A program made the position numbers and the translations under genes. A model generated the notes under the pieces. That model searched no databases and was not told the origin of the DNA. It worked only from the letters and a program-made list of their open reading frames with translations. A stretch of 38,921 nucleotides of DNA from a virus. Lineage: Duplodnaviria > Caudoviricetes. Shown piece after piece: positions 1 to 8,552 of this stretch; the stretch's first letter is position 1, and the number at the start of each line of letters is the position of its first letter. The stretch spans positions 1-38,921 of IMG/VR virus record IMGVR_UViG_3300037309_000303; one strand, 5' to 3'.

Positions 1-210
1 ATGACCGAGCAGGAGCTCAGGAAAAAGCTCGAATTGCTCAAGACCGAGCACCGCGATCTCGACGCCGCCATCGCCGCGTTGACCGAAGCGGCGCGCGGTT
101 CGGCGTCGGCCGACATGCTCCAGATCGCGCGGCTCAAGAAGCGCAAGCTGCGCCTGAAGGACCAGATCGCGATCATCGAGGATACGCTGCTGCCGGACAT
201 TATTGCGTAG
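1..210 (+). CDS. DUF465/YdcH-family small coiled-coil protein (host gene flanking the prophage)
   Basis: EHRDLDAAI...QIARLKKRKLRLKDQI...PDIIA signature typical of alphaproteobacterial DUF465. Confidence 0.85.
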   Translation: MTEQELRKKLELLKTEHRDLDAAIAALTEAARGSASADMLQIARLKKRKLRLKDQIAIIEDTLLPDIIA

Positions 211-243
211 TTCGTTTTCGGCCACTTTGGTTGGCGCAAGCGC

Positions 244-309
244 TGTAGCGGGGCGCGAGCTTCTGGAGTCTTTGACAAGACCACTTAGAGCACTGCAGCG
301 CGCCCCGCT
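244..309. repeat. Candidate prophage terminus: 5'-TGT start plus 11-bp inverted repeat AGCGGGGCGCG (247-257) / CGCGCCCCGCT (299-309), possible transposase-binding sites
   Basis: Repeat seen directly; Mu-type ends begin 5'-TG; lies between the host gene and the last phage gene. Confidence 0.45.
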
Positions 310-315
310 TGCCCG

Positions 316-1104
316 CTAGCCGCTGATGATCAGCTCCTGCGCGGGCCGCTGCCCACCGCCAGCGCCATAGTGCAGCGAGACCTCCTCCATCTGGAACCCG
401 GCAAACAGATCCCGCACCTCGGGCCGATCATTCAACGACAAGATGAAGCGCCCCTTGAGCTTGCCTAAGAGGCTTCTCAGACGCTCGAAATCTGCTGGCG
501 AGAAGATGTCCTTCCCATAGTCATCAGTGTGCCCCCAATAGGGCGGGTCGCAGTAGAACAGCGTGCCCGGCCGACCGTCATAGCGCTCGATGCAGGTGCC
601 GAAGTCGAGGCATTCGATCAGCACGTCCTCGAGCCGCTCGTGGACCGCTTCCAACATCGGCTCCAGCTTCGAGAGGCTCCAGCGGGGCCGGGAATAGTCG
701 ATCCCGAACGTCCGCCCCATCCCGCCGAACCCAGTCTTCTGAAGGTAGAGGAAGCGGGCGGCGCGCTCGAGGTCGGTCAGCTGCTCGGCTGGCGTGGCGC
801 GCAGCCGCTCGAAGTCCGCCCGGCTGTAGAGCTGGAACTTCAGCACATCGAGCAGCTGCTGGTAGTGGCGCTGCAGGAGGCGGAAGAGGTTCACGACATC
901 ACGATTCACGTCGTTGATCACCTCGAGCTTGGGCCGCACCGATCGGCGGAAGAACACCCCACCCATCCCCACGAAGGGCTCGACGTAGCGGGTGTGCGGG
1001 GTGGCCGCGATCTGGTTGGAGATGCGACGGGCAAGGGCACGCTTGCCACCCAGCCACGGGGCTACCGGCTGGACGGGGCGGACGGCAGTCAATCCTTCTT
1101 TCAT
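316..1104 (-). CDS. D12-class N6-adenine DNA methyltransferase (Dam-like), at the position Mu uses for mom
   Basis: PWLGGK, YVEPFVGMGGVFF (motif I), EVINDVN, FYCDPPY (motif IV). Confidence 0.92.
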   Translation of the reverse strand: MKEGLTAVRPVQPVAPWLGGKRALARRISNQIAATPHTRYVEPFVGMGGVFFRRSVRPKLEVINDVNRDVVNLFRLLQRHYQQLLDVLKFQLYSRADFERLRATPAEQLTDLERAARFLYLQKTGFGGMGRTFGIDYSRPRWSLSKLEPMLEAVHERLEDVLIECLDFGTCIERYDGRPGTLFYCDPPYWGHTDDYGKDIFSPADFERLRSLLGKLKGRFILSLNDRPEVRDLFAGFQMEEVSLHYGAGGGQRPAQELIISG

Positions 1105-1109
1105 GGGTT

Positions 1110-1216
1110 ACACCTTAGACAGGCTCCGCCGCTTGCGGTCGGGGGAGCCGACGGGCCGGTCATGACGGCCCAAGGTGCGAGTCTCAGTCTCGCGGTTCGG
1201 GGCGTTGGCGCGCCCC
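1110..1216 (-). promoter_or_regulatory. Structured 5' leader of the methylase with anti-Shine-Dalgarno helix
   Basis: mRNA GCACCUUGGG (1178-1169) complements UCUAAGGUGU (1119-1110), which contains SD-like AAGGUG; several GC hairpins within and upstream. Confidence 0.55.
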
Positions 1217-1252
1217 AGCCACCCCCGTTTCAGGGATGGGAATTGGTCAGCT

Positions 1253-2503
1253 TCACGCCAGTCTCAGCGCCACGCGCGGGGCGATGGCGGAAATCAGGGT
1301 GGTCGCGGGCGCGGTGGTCGGCAGGCCGCTGGCGAAGGTCACCGTGGCGCGGCGGGCGGTGTTGATGGTGGTCCCGGTCTCCGGGAGGCCGAGCGGCAGC
1401 AGCGCCGCGACCGCGAGCCCGCGCAGGGTCTGGGTCGAACTGGCGTGGACCGCGAGCCAGTATTTCGTGCCGGCGGTCAGGGTGATGCCTCCGGTTATCG
1501 GGCTCTGCTTGGCCCCGGCGGTGGCGCAATCGAGCAGGCTCCCCGCGCCGGTCAGCAGGTCGCCGGGCAGGTTGCCGGCGGTGCTGCCATAAATCCCGAT
1601 GCGCGCCTGAGACCCGGCGACCAAGGTGCCGGTGACCTCGATCGACAGCAGGTCGACCGTGATGTCGCGGCTCGGCCAGAAGGGGATGAACTCGATCCGG
1701 TTGGCAGCCTGAGAAATGGTGCCCTGCGCCGTCGCGTTGAGCGCGTTGGTGATGAAGGTGCCGGCGGCGAGGCCGGGGGCGATGAGGTGGGCAGTGGCAG
1801 GGCCAGCGGGACCTTGCGGTCCGGCATCGCCATCGTCGCCCTTGTCACCCTTTGGCCCGACCAGGGCGGCCAGCCAAGCCGCCTCATCGCCAGCAAAGCC
1901 GCCCGCCACCGCGATCTGATAGGCGGAAGGCCCGGGGCCACCATCATCGCCTTGCGGTCCGGCATCGCCATCGTCGCCCTTGTCACCCTTTGGCCCGACC
2001 AGCGAAGCGAGCCACTGCGATTGCGTTCCCGCAAAGCCCGCCGCAACCGCGACCTGATAGGCCGAAAGTCCGGGGCCGCCATCGTCGCCCGCGGGGCCGC
2101 GATCGCCCGCATCCCCTTTGTCACCCTTGTCGCCCTTGAGCGAAGCCAGCCACGCCGCCTGATCACCAACGAACCCGCCCGCGACCGCGAGCTGGTAGGC
2201 TGACAGCCCGTCTTCGCCCGCCGGGCCGAGATCGCCGTCATCGCCCTTGGGGCCGACCAGCGAAGCCAGCCACGTCGCCTCGGTCCCGACAAAGCCATTA
2301 TCCAGCGCGACTTCGTAAGCCGAGAGACCATCATCGCCCGGATCGCCCTTGTCGCCCGCCCCCGCGCTGCCCGGCGGCACCACCAGCCCGGCGACGGGGG
2401 CCATCGGGTTGCGCTTCACCACCTCGATCGCGCCGGCCGGGGCGATCCACTGGACCGGGGCGCGGCTTGCCGGGACCAGCCACTGGATCACGAAGCCGCT
2501 CAT
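1253..2503 (-). CDS. Collagen-repeat tail fibre protein with C-terminal beta-rich (putative receptor-binding) domain
   Basis: Four GxSAY(E/Q)xAxxxGFxGxxxxWLAxL + Gly-X-Y units; tail-distal position. Confidence 0.8.
   Translation of the reverse strand: MSGFVIQWLVPASRAPVQWIAPAGAIEVVKRNPMAPVAGLVVPPGSAGAGDKGDPGDDGLSAYEVALDNGFVGTEATWLASLVGPKGDDGDLGPAGEDGLSAYQLAVAGGFVGDQAAWLASLKGDKGDKGDAGDRGPAGDDGGPGLSAYQVAVAAGFAGTQSQWLASLVGPKGDKGDDGDAGPQGDDGGPGPSAYQIAVAGGFAGDEAAWLAALVGPKGDKGDDGDAGPQGPAGPATAHLIAPGLAAGTFITNALNATAQGTISQAANRIEFIPFWPSRDITVDLLSIEVTGTLVAGSQARIGIYGSTAGNLPGDLLTGAGSLLDCATAGAKQSPITGGITLTAGTKYWLAVHASSTQTLRGLAVAALLPLGLPETGTTINTARRATVTFASGLPTTAPATTLISAIAPRVALRLA
1812..2002. repeat. 53-bp perfect direct repeat (1812-1864, 1950-2002), 138-bp period, within the collagen fibre gene
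   Basis: CCTTGCGGTCCGGCATCGCCATCGTCGCCCTTGTCACCCTTTGGCCCGACCAG occurs twice. Confidence 0.9.
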
Positions 2504-2853
2504 GGGATTGGCACCGCCGATGGGGTGAGCTCGATCAGCAGCGTCTCGCCGCTCGGCTCGGGATCGCCCGAGGCGAAGGACAGCAGGCTGTCGATGCCGT
2601 AGACGCCCGGCTCCAGCGTCGCCGACTGCGCGGCGCTGAGGGTGAAATTCCAGCCCGGCCCGATCGCTCCGGCGGCGGCGCGCGGGGATGCGGTCATCTC
2701 AAGCGGGACGAAGTCGGGTGCTGGCTGGAAGCGCGCCTCGTTCTCGCTGCGGGCGATGAAGGCAGTCGCGGCGGCCACCAGCCCCACCGCCTCGGCGGGC
2801 ACGATGATGCCCACGCTGACCGGCCCGCCGACGCGGAAGGTGCCGCTGATCAC
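2500..2853 (-). CDS. Tail-fibre-associated beta-rich protein (BppU-N-like adaptor?)
   Basis: FTLSAAQSATLEPGVYGID motif; overlaps both neighbours by 4 nt. Confidence 0.55.
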   Translation of the reverse strand: MISGTFRVGGPVSVGIIVPAEAVGLVAAATAFIARSENEARFQPAPDFVPLEMTASPRAAAGAIGPGWNFTLSAAQSATLEPGVYGIDSLLSFASGDPEPSGETLLIELTPSAVPIP

Positions 2854-3410
2854 GCCGCCAGCTCCTTCTTGAGCTCGGCCTCGTCGAGCCCGGTGTCGAT
2901 GAAGAACTCGTCGGTCTGCTCGACCATCAGGCGCGGGCCGAACAACTCGATCGCCTCCGCGTCCGCATCAGCGTGGACCGCCTTGATCACCGCCTGCCGG
3001 TCCAGCTCAACCTTCATGCGCAGGAAGTCGGCCGCGCGGGGGAATGGCAGGTCCTTTAGCCAGGCAACGACATCGCCCAGCTTCACCCCGCGCTTCAGCT
3101 TCACTGCGGGCGGCGTGAGCCGGATGCCGATCTTCGCGCCCGCCAGCTCGGCCGAGCGTTTGCGCTTGGCCACTTCGTCCTTCCCGCCCGCTTCCCACCA
3201 CGCCTTCAGCCCGGCGAAGAGGGGCTTGGCCTCGGCCTCGAGCTCGGCGAGGCGCTGGTCGCGCTGCGCCTTGATCTTGTCGATCGCCGCCTCGGCCGCG
3301 AGCCGCTCGAGCGCCTTGTCCCGCTCGATCTGGACGTATTCGCCGATCATCAGCGTGGCTTCGGCGGCGGTGGCAGGGGCGGGGGCGGCGGTTTGCTTGC
3401 GTCGGGGCAT
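2850..3410 (-). CDS. gam: Mu Gam-family host-nuclease inhibitor (DNA end-binding)
   Basis: N-terminal coiled coil followed by KRSAELAGAKIGIRLTPP, FLRMKVELDRQAV, VEQTDEFFID; strong RBS CAGGAG. Confidence 0.8.
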   Translation of the reverse strand: MPRRKQTAAPAPATAAEATLMIGEYVQIERDKALERLAAEAAIDKIKAQRDQRLAELEAEAKPLFAGLKAWWEAGGKDEVAKRKRSAELAGAKIGIRLTPPAVKLKRGVKLGDVVAWLKDLPFPRAADFLRMKVELDRQAVIKAVHADADAEAIELFGPRLMVEQTDEFFIDTGLDEAELKKELAA

Positions 3411-3428
3411 CAGAGGGTCTCCTGAAGG

Positions 3429-6404
3429 TTAGGCGTAGAGGCCGAGATCGACCGTTCCGCTGGTCGGGCGCGGATTGCCGGCGAAGTCGAAGCCGAGCAG
3501 ATATTCGCTGAAGAAGTCGCGCGCCGGGCTGCCCGCTTGCAGCGTGTAGGTCCCGTCCCCCACACCCGCGACCGCGACGCCGCCGGTCCCGGTGGTGCCC
3601 TGATAATTGGTGAACAGCGGATCGTTGCGGACCTCGTTCGATCCCGCGCCGGTGGGGTAGCTGGTGTTGCGGCCGGGATATTCCCAGCCCTCGCTCTCAT
3701 TGGTGGTGACGTTCGGGTGGAACTGGAACCAGTTGCCGTTGAAGCCGGTGCCGTGATGAATATCCAGATTGCCGATATCGGTCGCGTCGCTGTTGAACCA
3801 GTCGCCTTTCAGGTTGGGCTGGGGCGGGATGCAGCCCTTCATGCTGACACGGGTGTGGGTCTGCGGCAGGCCCGGTGCGCCGAAGCCCGAATAGAAGATG
3901 TTCCACTTGCCTTCTTCGCCAAAGCCGGTCCCGATGACGTGATGGAAGAACACGTTGTCGCTGTTCCCGGTCGACGCGCAGATCGCCAGCGCGGGCTGGA
4001 TCTGCCCGCCGGTGAGCGCGCCGATGAACTCGAACCCGCCCTGGATGAAGGCGCAGTTGCTGATCGTGCTGCCGCTCGCGATGGTCAGCGCTAGCGGATA
4101 CCTCTGGCGCGTGAACATGAAGCTCTGGAGGAAGACCCCCTTGCTGATGTCGCTGTGGCTGTTGCTGCGGAACCGGGCGATCCGCGATCCGATGATGCTG
4201 GCGAAGCGAAGGCCGTGAATGTCCGCCAGATCGATGTCGAGCCCGCGCCACATCCGGCGCTGCTGGCTGCCTGAATAGGCGGTCGAGACCGAGGTGCCGA
4301 GGTTGGTCACCACCTCGCCGAAGGCCGCATCGTGCGCGGTAGCGGCGAGCATCCCGGCGGTCTGGTTGGCATTGTCGACGATGCAGTTGCGGCGCTGCAC
4401 GAACAGCGGCGGCGTGATGCCGCCCGCGCTGGTGCCGCTCATCGCCTGACTGCCGGTGCGGGTCAGCTTCACGTTGTCGAATAGCAGCGCGACCTCGCCC
4501 GGACCAACCGTGGTGTTAGCCAACGCGGCGCTGACCCCGGTGTTGGGGCGCAGCGCAGCCGTGCCCCAGCTCACGATCGCATCGGCGCGCGCCACCCCCG
4601 GCGCAGCCGTGACGGTGATCGCGCCGAGATAATGCGGACAGCGCAGCGTGCCAGCGCCGCTGCCGAACACAAAGCCGCCAGTCATCGCCTTTAGAATACA
4701 GCCGTCAGCATAGCCGCCCGTCGCCGCGCTCTGCGTGACGATCGCGGCGATCGCGGCGGTGCTGGTGGCAAAAGGCGCGGCGGCGGCGGTCGCTTCCGTG
4801 GTCGACCAGGTGCCGGTCCCGTCATTGCCGGTTGCCGTGCCGACATAGGCAATCGGCGGCGCTGCGGCGCGAGCAGTGTCGCGCCAGAAATAGCGCGGGC
4901 TGAACTGTGTCAGCGCAGCCTCGTCGGCGGTGCTGATGATGGTGCTTGCGTCGCCCAGCCATGGCACCAACTCCGCTTCGAGCGTCAGCATCACGCCGCC
5001 ATCGGCAAGCCCGCTGACATCGTGGGTAAAGGGGAAGACCTCGACCGGGTAGACATCCTCGCAATAGCTCGAAATCTGCGTGGTGTTGACCACCACCCAA
5101 TCGCTGAAATTTGTGCCATCGGTCATCCGCGCGCGGATGCAGGCGACCTGACGGCCATTGCGTGCCGAGGCGCAGCCTGCGGCGATCTCGTGATACACCG
5201 TGTCACCGACGACAAGGCGATCGGGCGTTACATGGCGGCCGATAGGCGGCGGGGCTTCGACCAGCGATCCATTGGTCGCGCCAGCAATCACCGAAGTAGT
5301 GTAGATCAGCTCGGCCAGCGCCATCTTGGTCGACTCGTCAAGCGTCGGGTTGGGCCACACTTGCCGCCGGGGGACGGTCAGATAGTTGATGTCGTTGTAA
5401 GTCGCCGCCGCGCCGTCTTCGTCGAAGCCATCGTTGGCGACGCTGAAGGGCACCTGAGAAAGCCCGCTGGTCGATGGCACCACCGCCACTGCGCCACTGG
5501 CCTCAAACGCGGAGATCGGCGAGGGGCCGGTCACCGGGCCAACTGCGGCGCTGGTCACAGTCGTCGCCCCGCCGTCGCCCCGCGCGGTGACGCGGAGCGA
5601 GAGGCTCTCTCCCAGATCCCCGGCCGCGATCATGTAGGTCGCGCCGGGGTTGGTGGCGATCACTGCCGCCCCGCTCAGCAGTTCGATGTCCGCGCCAGCA
5701 ATCGTCCCGCCGGTGGCCGTGCCCGGGTTGAGCGTGACCACATCGCCAACCTGCGGCGTGCCGTCAGTCCCGATCGACGGGCCGGGCGAGAACGCCGGAG
5801 CCCCCGGTCCGCTATCCTGCGCCATCAGCCGCCCGAATCGTTCCGCCTCGCTCGTCGCCGCCGGATCGGGCAGCAGCTTGAATTCGACCGCAAGCCGCGT
5901 CGCCGATCCGCCGCTGAAGACCGGGCGCGGGCTGCCGATCTGGCAGGCGCGGGGCAGCTCGAACTGCGCCGGCATGTCCTCGTTGTAGGGGGAAGGCCCG
6001 CGCACCAGCAGCGCGAACTCCCCGGCCGTGCCCGGCCCGATCGCAAGGCCCATCCGGCGGAAACCCGGCGTCCCCGGCCCCGGCGCGACAGTGGTGACAG
6101 CCGCGCCCCCCATCGTCAGCGCGAATTGTTCGAGCGTAAGGTCGATCAGCTCCAGCTGCACCCGCAGCTCCTCGCTCTCCAGCGCGCTTGCGGTCGGCGC
6201 GGTCTCCCCGGCCGGCGGCGGCGGGCTGACCCACTGCTGGCTGCTGGCGAGCACCACGCCGCTCTCCCCGTAACCGCGCGCGCCGTTGGTGCCCAGCAGC
6301 CGCCAAGGATCGGCCGGCGCGGCGCTCAGCGCCGGGAAAGCCGTGCCTGCCGGGGCGATCCAGATCGTGAAGGGGGCGGTGATAATCTCGGGGTGTTGGT
6401 TCAT
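3429..6404 (-). CDS. Tail-tube paralog fused to an Ig-like domain and a large beta-helix/choice-of-anchor-Q-like passenger (991 aa)
   Basis: aa 1-~197 align colinearly with the 13509-14111 protein; Ig-like GTPQVGDVVT...ATY..AAGDLGESLSLRVTA; C-terminal DPLF...YTLQAGSPARD...DFAGNPR...VDLGLY. Confidence 0.75.
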   Translation of the reverse strand: MNQHPEIITAPFTIWIAPAGTAFPALSAAPADPWRLLGTNGARGYGESGVVLASSQQWVSPPPPAGETAPTASALESEELRVQLELIDLTLEQFALTMGGAAVTTVAPGPGTPGFRRMGLAIGPGTAGEFALLVRGPSPYNEDMPAQFELPRACQIGSPRPVFSGGSATRLAVEFKLLPDPAATSEAERFGRLMAQDSGPGAPAFSPGPSIGTDGTPQVGDVVTLNPGTATGGTIAGADIELLSGAAVIATNPGATYMIAAGDLGESLSLRVTARGDGGATTVTSAAVGPVTGPSPISAFEASGAVAVVPSTSGLSQVPFSVANDGFDEDGAAATYNDINYLTVPRRQVWPNPTLDESTKMALAELIYTTSVIAGATNGSLVEAPPPIGRHVTPDRLVVGDTVYHEIAAGCASARNGRQVACIRARMTDGTNFSDWVVVNTTQISSYCEDVYPVEVFPFTHDVSGLADGGVMLTLEAELVPWLGDASTIISTADEAALTQFSPRYFWRDTARAAAPPIAYVGTATGNDGTGTWSTTEATAAAAPFATSTAAIAAIVTQSAATGGYADGCILKAMTGGFVFGSGAGTLRCPHYLGAITVTAAPGVARADAIVSWGTAALRPNTGVSAALANTTVGPGEVALLFDNVKLTRTGSQAMSGTSAGGITPPLFVQRRNCIVDNANQTAGMLAATAHDAAFGEVVTNLGTSVSTAYSGSQQRRMWRGLDIDLADIHGLRFASIIGSRIARFRSNSHSDISKGVFLQSFMFTRQRYPLALTIASGSTISNCAFIQGGFEFIGALTGGQIQPALAICASTGNSDNVFFHHVIGTGFGEEGKWNIFYSGFGAPGLPQTHTRVSMKGCIPPQPNLKGDWFNSDATDIGNLDIHHGTGFNGNWFQFHPNVTTNESEGWEYPGRNTSYPTGAGSNEVRNDPLFTNYQGTTGTGGVAVAGVGDGTYTLQAGSPARDFFSEYLLGFDFAGNPRPTSGTVDLGLYA

Positions 6405-6425
6405 GGCGAGGTTCCGAAGGGCAGA

Positions 6426-8552
6426 TCAATACGAGACGAGGCCGTCGCCGCCGCCGCCGCCGGGGGGCGAGGGCGGAGGCGTGAAGGTGCCGCCGAAGCT
6501 GGTGCTCTGGTTGCCGACCAGGACGAGCGCCGGGTTGGCCATCTGGGTCAGCGCCGGGCTCACCGCGGCGACGTAGCCGGACGTGGCCGGGTTCCAGAAC
6601 ACGGCGTAGGCGGTGCCGGCGGTGAGCGAGGCGAGCGTCGCGGCCGGGAAGCTCATCGCGCTGCCATCGGTCAGCACCGCATCGAAGGCGGCGACGAAGA
6701 TGTTGGCGTCATCGGCCGAAAGCGGGAAGGCCACGGTGCGCGAACGGATGCCGCGCGCGGCGCTGCTCCCCGCGATCGTGAGCGGGCCGAGCACGCGGCG
6801 CGCGCCGGTCACCCCGTCGACCACGTAGGACACTGCGACATAATAGGTGCCGCCCGCGCCGACCGCGATCTCGCGCCGGGTGACATCGGGGCGGCTCGTC
6901 CCCGCCTCGGTCCAAGCGGTGGTCGGCACCGGCGCGGTGGCAGACTGGACGAATTCGAACAGCACCAGCTCCGCCGCCGGATCGTCGGTCGCGCCGGTCA
7001 CCACGATCAGCCCGGCCCCGCCCGCAGCCGCGCTCCAGGCGGCAACATCGGGCGCGGCAATCGCGGGCGGCGCAGGGTTGGGCGCGGCGACCACGCCGTC
7101 ATCCAGCGGGGCAGTGTCGGAATAAACGCTCGCGTCGATCTGGCGCAGGCTCAGCTGGTGGTGCCAGGCCTTGTCCGATCCCCAGGCGTCCACCCGGAAG
7201 GTCAGCGTCGCCCCGCCAAAGCGGCGGTTGCTCTGCCAGGCGACCCAGTCGCCCTCCTCGATGAAGGAAAAGCGCGGCGGCAGGGTGACCTGCGCCCGGC
7301 CCCAAAGGCGGCCGAGACGGCGGATGATCTCGGCGACGCGCTGGGCTTGCGGATCGTTGGTGACGAGGTCGAGCTGCGGCTGCACTTCGCGCGGGCCGCC
7401 ATCGGCGATCACGTCGGCCGTGTCGCGCCGCACCGGCGCGCTGCGCACGTTCCAGCGCTGGCCGGGATCGACAAAGCGCGCGGCGACGGTGTTGATCCAG
7501 TCATTGTCGCTCGCGCCAAGGATGCCCTCGTTCCAGGTGACGGTGCTGCCAACCAGCAGATCATCATCGGTGAAGGTCGCGACCACCGCCCTGGCCTCGC
7601 CCGGATCGACCTCGACCGCGCCTTCGGGCTGGCTGATCACCCCGCCCACCGCCGCGGCGAAATCGGTTTCGACCTCGATGAAGCTCTCGGTGGAGGCGAC
7701 AACGCCGCCGATCGTGTAGCGCGGCTGCCCTGCCACGATCTCGTCGCACAGATTGGCGCGGGCGAAGACGTTGGCGGGCGGGGCTTCGATATCGCTGAGG
7801 CCGCGCCCGATCAGCAGCATTTCGGGCTGGTCAACCCGGTCCCCGGCGTAGATCCCGCGCACCCAGGTGTGGCGGATGTCGATCGGGTTCTCGCTCCACT
7901 CGCGGGTGGCCGGATCGTCCCAGCGATGCGCCCCGCTGCCGCCGACGCTGGTGTCCTTGCGCGCCTGATAGCAGCGCAGCCCGCGCACCACCCAGCGAAA
8001 GCGCGGCCGGCCGCCGGGGTAGACCGGGTTCTTCGCGTCCGAAGCATCGGCCTTGTAGGCGACAACAACGTAGGCGACCCCGCGCCCGCGATCATTCGCG
8101 GTCCAGCCCGGGCCGTTGGTGGTGAGGATCGCAGGCACGCTCTGGTCCCACTGGCCGTCGCGCCAGAACACCTGCAGCTGGTTGTTGTAACCGGCCACCA
8201 TCCCGTCCCCGGCGAAGGCAACGTAGGTGTCATCGACGAAGAAACCCTCCAGCGCATCGGAGCGGTGATCCGCCAGCGCGATCACCAGCACTTCCCAGTC
8301 GGTCTGGTACTTGCCGCCGAAATTGAACGCATCGACCAGCGATCCGCCCAGCGCCGCGCGGCCGAAGATCGCCTGCCGCGGCTGCTCGCCCAGCTGCAGC
8401 TGCGCGGCCGAAGCAGCGCGGCGCGGGGCCTTGGGGCCAAGCAGCGCCCCGCCGATCAGCGCGATGCCGATGAAGGCGAGCTGGAAATTGCCCGTCACCA
8501 CCCCGACGATGGTCAGCCCGATGCCGACAACGGCGCGGACAACCTTACTCAT
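6426..8552 (-). CDS. Tail tip / host-specificity protein (lambda J / GTA megatron-like)
   Basis: 708 aa, WSENP motif, follows Dit/hub/peptidase-like genes. Confidence 0.8.
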   Translation of the reverse strand: MSKVVRAVVGIGLTIVGVVTGNFQLAFIGIALIGGALLGPKAPRRAASAAQLQLGEQPRQAIFGRAALGGSLVDAFNFGGKYQTDWEVLVIALADHRSDALEGFFVDDTYVAFAGDGMVAGYNNQLQVFWRDGQWDQSVPAILTTNGPGWTANDRGRGVAYVVVAYKADASDAKNPVYPGGRPRFRWVVRGLRCYQARKDTSVGGSGAHRWDDPATREWSENPIDIRHTWVRGIYAGDRVDQPEMLLIGRGLSDIEAPPANVFARANLCDEIVAGQPRYTIGGVVASTESFIEVETDFAAAVGGVISQPEGAVEVDPGEARAVVATFTDDDLLVGSTVTWNEGILGASDNDWINTVAARFVDPGQRWNVRSAPVRRDTADVIADGGPREVQPQLDLVTNDPQAQRVAEIIRRLGRLWGRAQVTLPPRFSFIEEGDWVAWQSNRRFGGATLTFRVDAWGSDKAWHHQLSLRQIDASVYSDTAPLDDGVVAAPNPAPPAIAAPDVAAWSAAAGGAGLIVVTGATDDPAAELVLFEFVQSATAPVPTTAWTEAGTSRPDVTRREIAVGAGGTYYVAVSYVVDGVTGARRVLGPLTIAGSSAARGIRSRTVAFPLSADDANIFVAAFDAVLTDGSAMSFPAATLASLTAGTAYAVFWNPATSGYVAAVSPALTQMANPALVLVGNQSTSFGGTFTPPPSPPGGGGGDGLVSY

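Noticed and set aside
205-243. Alternative prophage end at TG 205 inside the DUF465 3' end
   Set aside because: Host gene ends with its normal PDIIA*; TGT 244 adjoins the inverted repeat and fits better, though not proven
1812-2330. Periodic repeats as a CRISPR array
   Set aside because: In-frame coding collagen repeats; no cas genes
1253-8552. Tail-fibre invertible segment or diversity-generating retroelement
   Set aside because: No invertase or reverse transcriptase, no flanking inverted repeats or TR/VR pair seen
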